DNA of 64,000 nucleotides from Cyanobacteria bacterium auto_48_18 (GTDB taxonomy: Bacteria; Cyanobacteriota; Vampirovibrionia; Obscuribacterales; Obscuribacteraceae), in NCBI GenBank assembly GCA_036170915.1, contig JAVHQC010000015.1:115798-179797 (forward strand). The letters are read 5' to 3'. A model generated the notes under the pieces. That model was not told the DNA's origin. It searched no databases and saw only the letters and a list, made by a program, of their open reading frames with translations. Positions 36,768 through 46,645 of this stretch are shown here, one piece after another (position 1 is the first letter of the stretch; each line of letters opens with the position of its first letter). Position numbers and translations under genes: made by a program.

Positions 36768-39272
36768 ATGCGATTGCAACCTCTACTTTTAACTCTGGGT
36801 CTGGCGGCCTCGCTTGTCTTAGCGCCCCAGGCCAATGCTGCAGGCTTCCTCATTATTGACCCGGCTTTCAGCCCGGGCGGCAGAGTAAGTATGCCTACGC
36901 CAATGCCTGTACCAAGACCAATTACACCTGGCGGCCATACACCGATTCGGCCGGTTCGCCCTCCAGGTGGCGTTTTGATTCCTATTATTGACCCGCGCCG
37001 TCCCACCCCGAGGCCTAACCCCCGGCCGGTTTTGAAAGGCGGCGTTACTCATGGTCTGCACTTGCAGGCGCAAGATATCAAAGTTGATATTACGGAACAG
37101 GTTGCAAAAACGTATATCACTCAGACATTCGCCAACGATACTGACCAAAATTTGGCTGGTACCTATTTATTTCCTTTGCCTGAAGACACCACATTTTCAA
37201 GTTTTTCATTGCATATTGATGGCAAACCGGTTGAGGGAAAAATATTGGCGGCTGATGAGGCCAGATCACAATATGAGGCCATTGTAAGACAGATGGTCGA
37301 CCCCGGATTGCTCGAGTATGCTGACTACAAAACTGTGCGCGCTAGAATTTTCCCTATTCCTGCTCACGGCACTAAAAAAGTTGAGCTTGAATATACTCAA
37401 TTGCTGAAAGCGGAAAGCGGCCTGCTTAAATATCGCTTTCCTCTGAAGAGTGATGAAGAGGCCGCCGGAGCCATTGATGACACTAAAATTTCTGTCAAAC
37501 TAAACGGCAAGTCAGGCCTGCGTACCATCTGGTCGCCATCACATACGGTGACAGTAGACAGGCTGGAGAACAGCAGAGCGAAAGTGACATTTTCGGCTAA
37601 AGACGCTGTACCTGACAAAGATTTCTTGCTCTATTACAGTGTCTCTGATAAAGACATGGCCGCCAGCGTGCTCAGTCATAAATTGGTGGGCGAAGACGGC
37701 TATTTCTTATTGACCCTGGCGCCGCCGCTGAAAACTACTCAGGTTGTGGGTAAAGACATTGTGCTGGTGGCTGACACATCAGGCTCCATGCAAGGCGAAA
37801 AAATGGAGCAATGCAAAAAAGCTCTGAAATATGTAGTCAATTCATTGGGCGCCGGCGACCGCTTCGGAGTGGTCAATTTCGGCACGGACGCTGAATCTTT
37901 CAGAAGTAATTTACTGGCCGCCACGCCAGAGAATAAAAAAGCGGCTGCCTCATTTATTGACGACATGGAAGCACGTGGCGGCACCAATATTGGTGACGCC
38001 TTGCACACAGGCATGTCTTTACTCAAAGAAGAGACTTTCAGACCTGCCTATTTGGTGATGATGACTGACGGTGAGCCCACTGTGGGCGAGACTTCGGTGG
38101 CGAATATCTTGAAGCTGGCCAATTCTAAAAAAGACGTACGCATTTTCGATTTTGGTGTCGGTTACGACGTCAATACTCGTTTGCTTAACAAGCTTTCTGA
38201 AATGCACCACGGTACATCACAGTATCTCGAGCCCAGCGAAAATCTAGAAACAGCCATGGCTGCCTTCTACGACAAAATCAAATCGCCTATGCTGTCTGAC
38301 GTCACCATTGCCTACAACGGTATCACTGTTAAAGATACCTATCCGCGTCAGGTCAAAGATATTTTTGCCGGTTCGCAATTGCAATTGCTTGGTCGCTATA
38401 AAGGCTCTGGCCAGGCCAATGTCGTCGTCAACGGCAAAATCAACGGCGTGGCAAAAGCTTTCTCCTTCCCCCTTAAATTTGAAGAGAGTGAAACCGGCCA
38501 CGCCTTCCTCGGCAAACTCTGGGCCATGCGTCGAATCGGCTATCTGACTGAAGTAGCGCAAGAAAACGGAAACACCAAAGAAGTAGTTGATGAAATTGTC
38601 GCTCTCTCCAAAAAGCATGGCATCATCTCAGCTTTTACTTCTTTCTTAGCCACAGACCCTAATGAAAATCACCGATTGGCCATGAATAATGGTGTGGCCA
38701 GGCCCATGGAAGAATCATCTAGACCATCACGGGGAGTGTGGGACAGACCAGGCAGATCTGGCAACGATAGCGCCAAATCAGCCGGCGGTGGTGGTGCTTT
38801 TGGAGCTGCAAGCGGTATGCGTCAAGATCTAAGAAGAAGGGTAGCTATGGCTCCTGCTGCTTCAGCCGCGCCTCTAGGCTTTGCCGAAGGCATGTTCAAT
38901 AAAGACAAAGAGCAAGCATTCAAAATGGAATCGCGCGATGAACTGCAGGCTCAATTGGCATCAGCACCAGCTTCTGGACGCATGGCCGTGGTGCGTGAGA
39001 AGAAGATTGCGCAAATGAAAAGTTCTTTAGAATACGACCGCAAATCTGATGCCCAGGGAGTCAAAACCGTAGACGAGAAAACCTTCTATTTGAAAAATGG
39101 ATTCTGGACCGACGCCGACTACAAAAATGAGAAAGCGGAAGAAGTGCAGTTCGGCACTGACCGCTACTTCGCTCTCACTCGCAGTCTGCCCAATATGTCT
39201 CGCTATCTGGCAGTAGGCAAACAGGTGATTGTTGTCGTTAAAGGGCATGCCTACAAAATAGTAGCAAGCTAA
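36768..39272 (+). CDS. Secreted VIT + vWA domain protein (inter-alpha-trypsin inhibitor family)
   Basis: Signal peptide; VIT (QTFAN..GTYLFPLP..DPGLLE), MIDAS DTSGSM, GGTNI, MTDGEPT, FGVG. Confidence 0.92.
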   Translation: MRLQPLLLTLGLAASLVLAPQANAAGFLIIDPAFSPGGRVSMPTPMPVPRPITPGGHTPIRPVRPPGGVLIPIIDPRRPTPRPNPRPVLKGGVTHGLHLQAQDIKVDITEQVAKTYITQTFANDTDQNLAGTYLFPLPEDTTFSSFSLHIDGKPVEGKILAADEARSQYEAIVRQMVDPGLLEYADYKTVRARIFPIPAHGTKKVELEYTQLLKAESGLLKYRFPLKSDEEAAGAIDDTKISVKLNGKSGLRTIWSPSHTVTVDRLENSRAKVTFSAKDAVPDKDFLLYYSVSDKDMAASVLSHKLVGEDGYFLLTLAPPLKTTQVVGKDIVLVADTSGSMQGEKMEQCKKALKYVVNSLGAGDRFGVVNFGTDAESFRSNLLAATPENKKAAASFIDDMEARGGTNIGDALHTGMSLLKEETFRPAYLVMMTDGEPTVGETSVANILKLANSKKDVRIFDFGVGYDVNTRLLNKLSEMHHGTSQYLEPSENLETAMAAFYDKIKSPMLSDVTIAYNGITVKDTYPRQVKDIFAGSQLQLLGRYKGSGQANVVVNGKINGVAKAFSFPLKFEESETGHAFLGKLWAMRRIGYLTEVAQENGNTKEVVDEIVALSKKHGIISAFTSFLATDPNENHRLAMNNGVARPMEESSRPSRGVWDRPGRSGNDSAKSAGGGGAFGAASGMRQDLRRRVAMAPAASAAPLGFAEGMFNKDKEQAFKMESRDELQAQLASAPASGRMAVVREKKIAQMKSSLEYDRKSDAQGVKTVDEKTFYLKNGFWTDADYKNEKAEEVQFGTDRYFALTRSLPNMSRYLAVGKQVIVVVKGHAYKIVAS

Positions 39273-39320
39273 AAAATAGCACCAGGCGAGCAAGGCAAAA
39301 CTTCATTCGCGAGATGAAGT

Positions 39321-39362
39321 TAAACAGAAGGAGAGAGGTTTCGACCTTTCTCCTTCTGTTTA
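39321..39362. terminator. Bidirectional intrinsic terminator between convergent genes
   Basis: TAAACAGAAGGAGAGAGGT-TTCG-ACCTTTCTCCTTCTGTTTA, 19-bp stem; second hairpin AACTTCAT/ATGAAGTT at 39299-39321. Confidence 0.85.
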
Positions 39363-39377
39363 GGTAGTGAGTAATTC

Positions 39378-39821
39378 CTATTGTTTCCTGTTGCTGATGT
39401 GCACAATTTCTAGATCGTGCTTTCTGATTCTTTCGGTAAGCCGCTCGTTGCTAACGACTTTTGGTAGATACCAAATATCAATTTGCTGGGGCGGATGCAC
39501 TTTCGAAGAGCCATGCGGAACACTTAGCGTCGGCAGGCGAACAATTTTAACTCCGCGCATCTTCAATAAATAACGCTGCAGTGTTTTTAAACAGGCCGGA
39601 CAGCGAGGGTCTTGCACTTTCACTGTCAAGCAATGCATCGGACCGGCGTAAGAGCGTGCAGAAGATTTTTCGTTTGCCAGCGCGGCGCCAGAAGTCACAG
39701 AAATCATAAGAGTCAGTGTGAGCAGACAAACTGTTGCAAATTTTGCTTTCCGATTGGAAGTATTCAAATATTGTAAATTCCGGGATAAGAGGGGGTTAAT
39801 GACACTGCCGGAGAATTGCAT
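39378..39821 (-). CDS. Exported heavy-metal-associated (HMA-like) domain protein
   Basis: Signal peptide, KVQDPRCPACLKTL..GVK pattern; start may be downstream. Confidence 0.6.
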   Translation of the reverse strand: MQFSGSVINPLLSRNLQYLNTSNRKAKFATVCLLTLTLMISVTSGAALANEKSSARSYAGPMHCLTVKVQDPRCPACLKTLQRYLLKMRGVKIVRLPTLSVPHGSSKVHPPQQIDIWYLPKVVSNERLTERIRKHDLEIVHISNRKQ

Positions 39822-39962
39822 ATTGCTACCTGTAAGTCTTTTTATGAATATCTGAAAAGGCTTTGATAATCGGCTATAGGCGACGAAAGGTAAACTCTGT
39901 GACCTTCTTTGTTAGGAGTGTGTTTTTAACTGAAAATATTATGGTCCACATCCTCTACAGGT

Positions 39963-39971
39963 TGCTATGAT
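39963..39971 (+). promoter_or_regulatory. Extended -10 promoter for dxs
   Basis: TGCTATGAT 40 nt upstream of ATG. Confidence 0.55.
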
Positions 39972-40010
39972 CAACCCAGAACAGCCCATTGCACGGGGAC
40001 TCAGGCATCT

Positions 40011-41987
40011 ATGCACACACTAGTGAAGCCAACCACTATTTTTCTAGATGCGGTGGTCACACCGTCTGAACTGAAGAATTTTAGCGCTGAAGAGCTTAAC
40101 AGTCTCGCCTTTGAAATCAGGCAAGAAATTGTCTCTAACCTCGCAAAAACCGGTGGGCACCTGGCTTCAAATCTAGGCGTAGTTGAAATCACTATCGCCA
40201 TGCACAAAGTTTTTGATTCGCCCCAAGATTTGTTTCTCTGGGATGTTGGGCACCAGGCCTATGTTCATAAGATGCTTACCGGTCGCCGCGATCAGTTTGA
40301 TACTTTGCGACAGTACAAAGGGCTAAGCGGTTTTATCAATCCTGCTGAAAGTGAGCATGACGCTTTTGTCGCCGGCCATAGTTCTACCTCTATTTCGCTT
40401 GCAGTGGGAATGGCTCTGGCCAAAGCCCATCTCAAGCAAAAAGGCAAAGTAGTGGCGGTGATTGGCGACGGTGGTCTGACTGGTGGAATGGCTCTGGAAG
40501 CCATAAATCATCTGGGTCATATTCAAAAAGATGTGATCATCATTCTCAATGACAATGAAATGTCAATTTCAGAGAATGTTGGTGGTCTGACCAAATACAT
40601 GAAGCGCATCAAAGAGACGTTCTTCTACAAAGACATCAAACAGAAAATCGATTTTATTGAAGATAAGTTAGATCAAGCCAAACTCAATCCGGCTGTTTGG
40701 GATTTGATTGAAATGGTGAAGAAGCAGGCCAAAGACCGCTTTGAGACACCAGGCATAGTCTTTGAAAAACTGGGCATCAATTATTCTGGACCAGTAGACG
40801 GTCACGATATCGGTGCTGTTATCAACGCGTTGAATAATGCTAAAGCAAAATCGACACCGCAAATCATTCACCTGATTACGCAAAAAGGTAAAGGCTACGC
40901 GCCTGCTGAGGCTGATTCAATCAAATATCACGGTGTTCCTGCCTTTGCTCTCGAGCCGGCATTAACTGATGTGGTAGAACCTATCGGTGCTGAAAAGAAA
41001 CCGAAGCCAAAAACTTATTCTGATATTTTCACTCAAACTCTAATCGAGCTTGCGGCTCTAGAACCTAATCTGGTAGCCATTACACCTGCTACGGCGGAAG
41101 GCAGCGGATTGGTAAAATTCGGCAAAGCTTATCCTGATAGATTTTTTGATGTGGCAATTTGCGAACAGCATGCTGTCACCATGGCTGGTGGCATGGCCAA
41201 AGTTGGTCTTAAGCCAGTGGTTTCCATCTATTCCACTTTCTTGCAACGGGCTATGGATCAACTGGTTCATGACGTGGCCATTATGAATTTGCCAGTGCTC
41301 TTCGGTATCGACCGCGGTGGCCTGGTGGAAGACGGTGAGACTCACCAGGGTGTCTTCGATATCGCCTGGCTCAGAGCTGTTCCTAATGTCAAAGTCTGGG
41401 CGCCTAAAGACGCTCTTGAGCTGCGCAATATGGTCTATACGGCGATTAAGCAAAGTAATGGTCCTGTGGCCATTCGCTTCCCTCGTGAAAAAGCCATAAA
41501 TGCCTCTGTGCTTGAAGGCACGGTGCCGCCCTTCTGCGAAATCGAACCCTCTACCTGGGAAGTTGCCGTTGAAGGCGACAAATCGACAGGTTTGTACGTG
41601 CTGGCCACAGGTGCCATGGTTGAGACCGCTAAAATCGCACTGGCCGCTATGGCAGAAGCAGATCCTTGCGGCATCAAGCCAACACTCATTAACGCTCGCA
41701 GTATTAAACCACTCGATGAAACTTTACTGGCACCGCTGATGAGTCAGCCACAAGCTCGCATCCTCACTCTTGAAGAAGGTGTTTTGACCGGCGGCTTTGG
41801 TGCCGCTGTGCTCGAGTACAGCGCACGACTGCGTTTGAGTAAACCGGGTGCCCGACTGGCTGAAATTGCTTGTGTGGGCATTGACGATCATTTTGTGGAG
41901 CACGGCGCTCGACCAATTCTGCTTGATCGAGTGGGGCTATCAGTGGAAAAAATAACTGAGACCATGAATCAGTTCTTTAAGGCCTGA
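40011..41987 (+). CDS. dxs: 1-deoxy-D-xylulose-5-phosphate synthase
   Basis: GGHLASNLGVVE, WDVGHQAYVHK, GDGGLTGGMALEAIN, NDNEMSI, YSTFLQRAMDQ, DRGG. Confidence 0.97.
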   Translation: MHTLVKPTTIFLDAVVTPSELKNFSAEELNSLAFEIRQEIVSNLAKTGGHLASNLGVVEITIAMHKVFDSPQDLFLWDVGHQAYVHKMLTGRRDQFDTLRQYKGLSGFINPAESEHDAFVAGHSSTSISLAVGMALAKAHLKQKGKVVAVIGDGGLTGGMALEAINHLGHIQKDVIIILNDNEMSISENVGGLTKYMKRIKETFFYKDIKQKIDFIEDKLDQAKLNPAVWDLIEMVKKQAKDRFETPGIVFEKLGINYSGPVDGHDIGAVINALNNAKAKSTPQIIHLITQKGKGYAPAEADSIKYHGVPAFALEPALTDVVEPIGAEKKPKPKTYSDIFTQTLIELAALEPNLVAITPATAEGSGLVKFGKAYPDRFFDVAICEQHAVTMAGGMAKVGLKPVVSIYSTFLQRAMDQLVHDVAIMNLPVLFGIDRGGLVEDGETHQGVFDIAWLRAVPNVKVWAPKDALELRNMVYTAIKQSNGPVAIRFPREKAINASVLEGTVPPFCEIEPSTWEVAVEGDKSTGLYVLATGAMVETAKIALAAMAEADPCGIKPTLINARSIKPLDETLLAPLMSQPQARILTLEEGVLTGGFGAAVLEYSARLRLSKPGARLAEIACVGIDDHFVEHGARPILLDRVGLSVEKITETMNQFFKA

Positions 41988-42018
41988 AATTATTTAGCAG
42001 CTTAAATCTTGGTCTACT

Positions 42019-42615
42019 TTAGATTTCTCTACGGCCTTCCATGGCCCGGGTGAGCGTGATTTCGTCTGCATATTCAAGGTCTGAGCCCATGGGCAGACCA
42101 AAGGCAATACGCGTCACTTTGATTGATAAAGGTTTGAGAAAACTACTTATATAAAGAACAGTGGCATCGCCTTCAATAGTCGGATTAATGGCGAGGATAA
42201 CTTCTTTAGCACCGTCGTTGTGAGCGCGATTGATCAGTTCGCGAATACGTAACTGCTCAGGTCCGCGCCCTTCCAGTGGCGAAATTAACCCGCTTAAGAC
42301 GTGGTAATAGCCTCGATACTCGCGAGTTTTCTCTAGCGCGATTACATCGCGGCTGTCTGCCACCACGCAGATCATGCTGCTGTCGCGCTTGATATTAGAG
42401 CAAATTTCGCACGGATCGTCAGCTGAGAGGTGGAAGCATTTGCCGCAGTGCTTAACTTTGTCTTTTGCTTCCACCACCACGCCGGCAAACTTACCCACGT
42501 CTTCTGTACTCATGTTGAGTACGAAGAAAGCCATGCGCTGAGCGGATTTCGGCCCCACTCCGGGAAATTTTTGGAATTCTTCAATCAACCGCGCCAGTGG
42601 CGGGGTAAAGTACAT
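42019..42615 (-). CDS. recR: Recombination mediator RecR
   Basis: [14 protein letters not shown]4 zinc finger, Toprim [13 protein letters not shown]. Confidence 0.97.
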   Translation of the reverse strand: MYFTPPLARLIEEFQKFPGVGPKSAQRMAFFVLNMSTEDVGKFAGVVVEAKDKVKHCGKCFHLSADDPCEICSNIKRDSSMICVVADSRDVIALEKTREYRGYYHVLSGLISPLEGRGPEQLRIRELINRAHNDGAKEVILAINPTIEGDATVLYISSFLKPLSIKVTRIAFGLPMGSDLEYADEITLTRAMEGRREI

Positions 42616-42623
42616 TTGGTCTC

Positions 42624-42950
42624 CTAGAAGCCCAATCCAAGGCCTGGTGGAAGGTTCACGCCTTTCATCGAATTCTGCATTTTGCTTTCGCCCATTTGTT
42701 GAGCTTTCTTCGTAGCATCATTGATGGCTGTGAGAATCAGGTCTTCCAGCATTCCCATGTCGCTTGTATCTACAGCTTCAGGTTTGATTTTAACTGCTTG
42801 AAATTGAAAGTTGCCTGAGCAAACTACGGTGACCACGCCACCGCCGGCTGTGCCTTCTACTGTGGCTTTAGCCAGTTCGTCTTGAGCTTTGAGAAGCTCT
42901 TGCTGAGCTTTTTGCACCGAACGCATCATGTCTTGCATATTGGGTTGCAT
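42624..42950 (-). CDS. ybaB: YbaB/EbfC nucleoid-associated protein
   Basis: [22 protein letters not shown]; directly upstream of recR. Confidence 0.95.
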   Translation of the reverse strand: MQPNMQDMMRSVQKAQQELLKAQDELAKATVEGTAGGGVVTVVCSGNFQFQAVKIKPEAVDTSDMGMLEDLILTAINDATKKAQQMGESKMQNSMKGVNLPPGLGLGF

Positions 42951-43247
42951 AATATTCTTACGATTCTCCCGAGTTTATAAATTTGGATTTTGCTATAGAA
43001 CTTGAATTATCTCATCGACAGCGCTGAAAAGCACTTGGTCTAGCGGGTAAAGCCTGCAGTAAATGTTTCTTAAGGCTTTCGGTTGTACCGCTTTGGATCC
43101 GTTATCTATTACATATACTGGAACGTCATCAGCAGAGGTCTCGGCTATACGGCTGTCAAGGCGCACCCACGCATGCCATGGCGAGTAGAAATAGGATCTT
43201 TGACAGGCATCTTTTCAATGTTGATTTAGATATTTGGGGTAATTTTA

Positions 43248-43424
43248 ATGCAAGACTTTGAAACACAAGCAGACGACTCAGAAGTCAGCACTTCTGATGA
43301 AACTGTGTCAGAGCGCTCGAAAGACGCCTTCCGCAATATTCTCAAGCGCTTCATTCTTTTGGTTTCTTTTGGACCAGGCGTGCTTGGTTTTCTCTGGTTG
43401 GTAGGACGCATCGTTAGACGCTAG
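43248..43424 (+). CDS. Small (58 aa) single-TM protein missed by ORF track
   Basis: MQDFETQADDSEVSTSDETVSERSKDAFRNILKRFILLVSFGPGVLGFLWLVGRIVRR; TAG overlaps next GTG start. Confidence 0.7.
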   Translation: MQDFETQADDSEVSTSDETVSERSKDAFRNILKRFILLVSFGPGVLGFLWLVGRIVRR

Positions 43425-44344
43425 TGAACCAATTGAAAGAAGTGTCCTGGAAATCTCTGGCTATGAAAGACCCTGTAAAGGCTTTCGCTAACCGCTGCCC
43501 GCTTTATTACGAGCGTTATGCCGGTAAAGAAGACGAGTTCGGTTATTCGCTTGAGACTTTCGCTAAATGGGAGGTACTCTTCCGCTTTCTCTACGAAGAG
43601 TATTTCCATGTGGAAGTTCGGGGCATTGAGAACGTTCCGGCAGAGGGACGGGCAATTCTGGTTGGTAACCATTCAGGATTACTGCCCCTTGACGGAGCCA
43701 TGATTTCCATGGCTATGTGCAATCTGCATCCAAAACCGAGACGGGTTCGCTATCTCAGTACAGACTGGTTCTTCCAGGTGCCGGGGCTGGCTAGTTGGGT
43801 GAAAGAGACAGGGCAGGTGCGTGCCACACAAGACAATGCGCGCAAATTGCTGGGTATGGAAGAGCTTGTCGGTATCTATCCTGAAGGTATTCGAGGGGTG
43901 GGCAAACCTTTTAAGGAGCGTTACCGGGTACTCGATTTCCATCCAGGATTTATTCAATTAGCCATCGCTACGCAAAGCCCACTAATTGCAGTTGCCACCG
44001 TGGGCGGTGATGAAATATTTCCTGAGTTCGTCAATATGCACAAGATCGCTCGTTTCCTCAAAATGCCTTTCTTTCCAGTTACACTCGGATTCCCATGGCT
44101 ACCCGCTCCACTCATGTTTATGCCTTTGCCGGTGCGTTGGATGATCAATGTACATAAGCCAATTAACCTCGGTTATCCGGCTGAAAAAGCTACAGATCGT
44201 AAACTCGTTTTGAAACTTGCCCGAGAAGTGCAGTATGAGATTCAACGTGATCTCAATAAGTTGCTGCGCGAGCGCCGCTCCACCTTAACCGGTTGGGACG
44301 AAGCTGAAGTAGACCACCAGGGTGGAGAGCCGCAGAAGAAGTGA
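43424..44344 (+). CDS. Lysophospholipid acyltransferase family protein
   Basis: GNHSGLLPLD catalytic motif, YPEGIRG. Confidence 0.9.
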   Translation: MNQLKEVSWKSLAMKDPVKAFANRCPLYYERYAGKEDEFGYSLETFAKWEVLFRFLYEEYFHVEVRGIENVPAEGRAILVGNHSGLLPLDGAMISMAMCNLHPKPRRVRYLSTDWFFQVPGLASWVKETGQVRATQDNARKLLGMEELVGIYPEGIRGVGKPFKERYRVLDFHPGFIQLAIATQSPLIAVATVGGDEIFPEFVNMHKIARFLKMPFFPVTLGFPWLPAPLMFMPLPVRWMINVHKPINLGYPAEKATDRKLVLKLAREVQYEIQRDLNKLLRERRSTLTGWDEAEVDHQGGEPQKK

Positions 44345-44372
44345 TTATGAATTTTCAGTTGAGGTTAATATC

Positions 44373-45188
44373 GTGAGCCAGTTCCTATCAAACTATCGAG
44401 ATTTTCTCAAGCAAGCAACCAAGAGCGATAAGTATCATGGTTTCGACGTTAGAGCTCTGGTGCGAGTTGAGCCGATGTTGAGTTTTCTCTTTCACGATTG
44501 GTGGAGAGTCAATTTCAACGGCCTGGAAAAGTTGCCTAAAGAAGGGCCAGCTTTGATTGTCGGCAATTCCGGTAGCTTTTTGCCGTGGCCTGCCACCATG
44601 CTGCTTTACGCCTTAATGTCTTCAAGGGTCAATCCACGTCGAGTGCACATTGTTGCCGACATGGACTGGATTAAAGATGAGCGTGTCTTTGCTACATTTT
44701 CAGAATTAGGTTTTGTGCCTTTTTCATCCGCCAACATGAAAAGGCTTTTCAGTAAAGGCGAACTGGTGGCAATTTTTCCCGAAGGCACAGCCGGGCTGGC
44801 CAGGCCGTTTTCAGCACGCGAGCGCTTAATTGAATTTGACTGGGTCAAACTTTTGCCTGCCGTAGAAGAAGGTGTGCCGATTTTCCCCATCGCCACCCTT
44901 GGTTGTGATGAGGCAATTCCAGTTTTGACTAATCTCGAGAAAATGGCAAAACTTTTGAGCCTGCCATCATTTCCAATTACGCCATTTTTCCCCTGGTTGC
45001 CTTTCCCATTCAACTTAGCCTCCCTGCCGACCAAATGGCACATGAGCATACTGAAGCCACTTTCGTACGAACGGGCTGAAGACAGAGATTTGATTGAAGA
45101 AACATCAATGAAGCAATCGCAATTTGCTGAAGGTGAAATTCAAGCTGAATTGAATCGTCTTCTGCGTTCGAGATGGCGGGCCAAATAA
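44373..45188 (+). CDS. Acyltransferase paralog with degenerate catalytic motif
   Basis: GNSGSFLPWP in place of GNHSGLLPLD; FPEG kept; GAGG 44361-44364 before GTG 44373. Confidence 0.82.
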   Translation: MSQFLSNYRDFLKQATKSDKYHGFDVRALVRVEPMLSFLFHDWWRVNFNGLEKLPKEGPALIVGNSGSFLPWPATMLLYALMSSRVNPRRVHIVADMDWIKDERVFATFSELGFVPFSSANMKRLFSKGELVAIFPEGTAGLARPFSARERLIEFDWVKLLPAVEEGVPIFPIATLGCDEAIPVLTNLEKMAKLLSLPSFPITPFFPWLPFPFNLASLPTKWHMSILKPLSYERAEDRDLIEETSMKQSQFAEGEIQAELNRLLRSRWRAK

Positions 45189-45197
45189 GTCCTGGCC

Positions 45198-45896
45198 ATG
45201 GCCATAAAACTGTTGATTGGTTTGCTTGTCTACTGCGCTTGCTGCTCGCCAGCCCTGGCTTATTATGCCGACTATTTGCCTGGGCCGATTTTAAAAGAGC
45301 GCAAAACTTTGCCGCAGAAAGTTGTAGCGCTAGATTTTGGCCACGACTGGAGCGCTCAAGTTTCAGGCATTACTCTAAAAAACATCGAAGGTAAATTCAC
45401 CGTCGGTGGTGTCGCCAGAGATGGCCTGCCCTGGTCGCTCACAGAGAGCGAAGACCGTGGCTTTGGCGGCTCTTGTTACAGTGCTGATATAGATAGAAAT
45501 GGATTTGAAGACATCATCGTCCACTTTCCCAACGGTTCCAATGGTTATCCATTTTCAAGCGTGGTGATTTTTTTTATTGATCAAAATGGCATGGCACATC
45601 GAGAAGAAATAGTCAGTCGCTTTTCAGCCGAAAAAACAGGCATCGCCGATATCATCGAGACAGCTGATGGACCGGTGGTGCTTGTTCAAGACCTGGCTTA
45701 TGGTCGACAGGGCAAGCGCGATTTAGGCTACTGGCGCTTTACGGCATTTAGACCGCAGCAATGCCGACTGCTTAACATGACGTCACTCTGCCATGTGGCC
45801 TTGCCGGCATATGTTTTCTTCACGCTCAAACCTAATCATTTAACTTCTAAGAGAGCCGCTCTTTTAGAGCAACACTACAAAGAATCAAAAAAGTGA
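45198..45896 (+). CDS. Hypothetical secreted protein
   Basis: Signal peptide (ALA), ADIDRNGFEDII Ca-binding-like loop. Confidence 0.7.
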   Translation: MAIKLLIGLLVYCACCSPALAYYADYLPGPILKERKTLPQKVVALDFGHDWSAQVSGITLKNIEGKFTVGGVARDGLPWSLTESEDRGFGGSCYSADIDRNGFEDIIVHFPNGSNGYPFSSVVIFFIDQNGMAHREEIVSRFSAEKTGIADIIETADGPVVLVQDLAYGRQGKRDLGYWRFTAFRPQQCRLLNMTSLCHVALPAYVFFTLKPNHLTSKRAALLEQHYKESKK

Positions 45897-45929
45897 TGAA
45901 GTTTAAGTGGTCAGATCTAAGGATTAGCT

Positions 45930-46421
45930 CTAAGTGATCTGGGCCGGTCTAGGTGCACCACCAAGTTGGTCGGCTTTCTGATTGCCAACGCGCCCCATGC
46001 CCGCTTTTAGCGTATCTTTTTCGTCCTGGATTTTTTGTCCGATTTCTTCCAGATCTATATGTATGCGCTCAAGTTTTGGGAAAAGATCTTCTTCCTCTTC
46101 CTTAATGTGATGCTCAAGCATTTCACCTAAGACCTTGACCTTGCCCTCAATGTTGGGCTCGTCGCCTTTCATGTCGGCAACTTCGGCCATAATTAGCTTC
46201 AAGGCATGATGTTCTTCAACGGCTTCCATGGTTTTGGGGTCGCTGGCCATGGCCGGATATAAGTGCTTTTCTTCAGCCGTGGCATGCACTGCCAGCTCGG
46301 TGACAATGGTGTTGATTAGCTTCACTCGATCTTCTGGTTTTTTCAGTTTGGCAAATTCATCGAACAGCAAAACATGTTCTCTGTGGTCTTTTTTCAACAA
46401 TTCGATTGCATTGATGGACAT
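45930..46421 (-). CDS. Hemerythrin-like (HHE) domain protein
   Basis: LKKDH, HATAEE, EEHH, HHIKEEE..LFP. Confidence 0.9.
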   Translation of the reverse strand: MSINAIELLKKDHREHVLLFDEFAKLKKPEDRVKLINTIVTELAVHATAEEKHLYPAMASDPKTMEAVEEHHALKLIMAEVADMKGDEPNIEGKVKVLGEMLEHHIKEEEEDLFPKLERIHIDLEEIGQKIQDEKDTLKAGMGRVGNQKADQLGGAPRPAQIT

Positions 46422-46539
46422 TTGAGTGCCACTTCCTTTTAGATAGAGTCATCTGTGTGGAAGCGTAGACTAGCTCAGGTGGATTTGGTTCCGGGTTACG
46501 CAAAGATTAAACGTGCTCGGTTTAGGTTTTGCAGACTGG

Positions 46540-46617
46540 AGCGTAGACGGTTGAGGCATTTCTTGATGCTCAAGCGTATACGCTTCAGGCTTTCTTATGC
46601 CAAAGCGTATACGCTAC
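46540..46617. repeat. 31-33-bp tandem units each carrying palindrome AGCGTATACGCT
   Basis: Perfect copies 46573-46584 and 46604-46615, degenerate 46540-46551. Confidence 0.85.
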
Positions 46618-46645
46618 AGTTTATAAAAGAGAGAGAGGTACCGGA

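Noticed and set aside
43151..43210. CTGTCAAG/TTTGACAG stem as riboswitch or ncRNA
   Set aside because: Single short stem with no recognisable aptamer motifs
46540..46617. Possible mini-CRISPR (palindromic repeat with spacers)
   Set aside because: The repeat is only 12-14 bp and the spacers are about 19-21 nt and similar to each other
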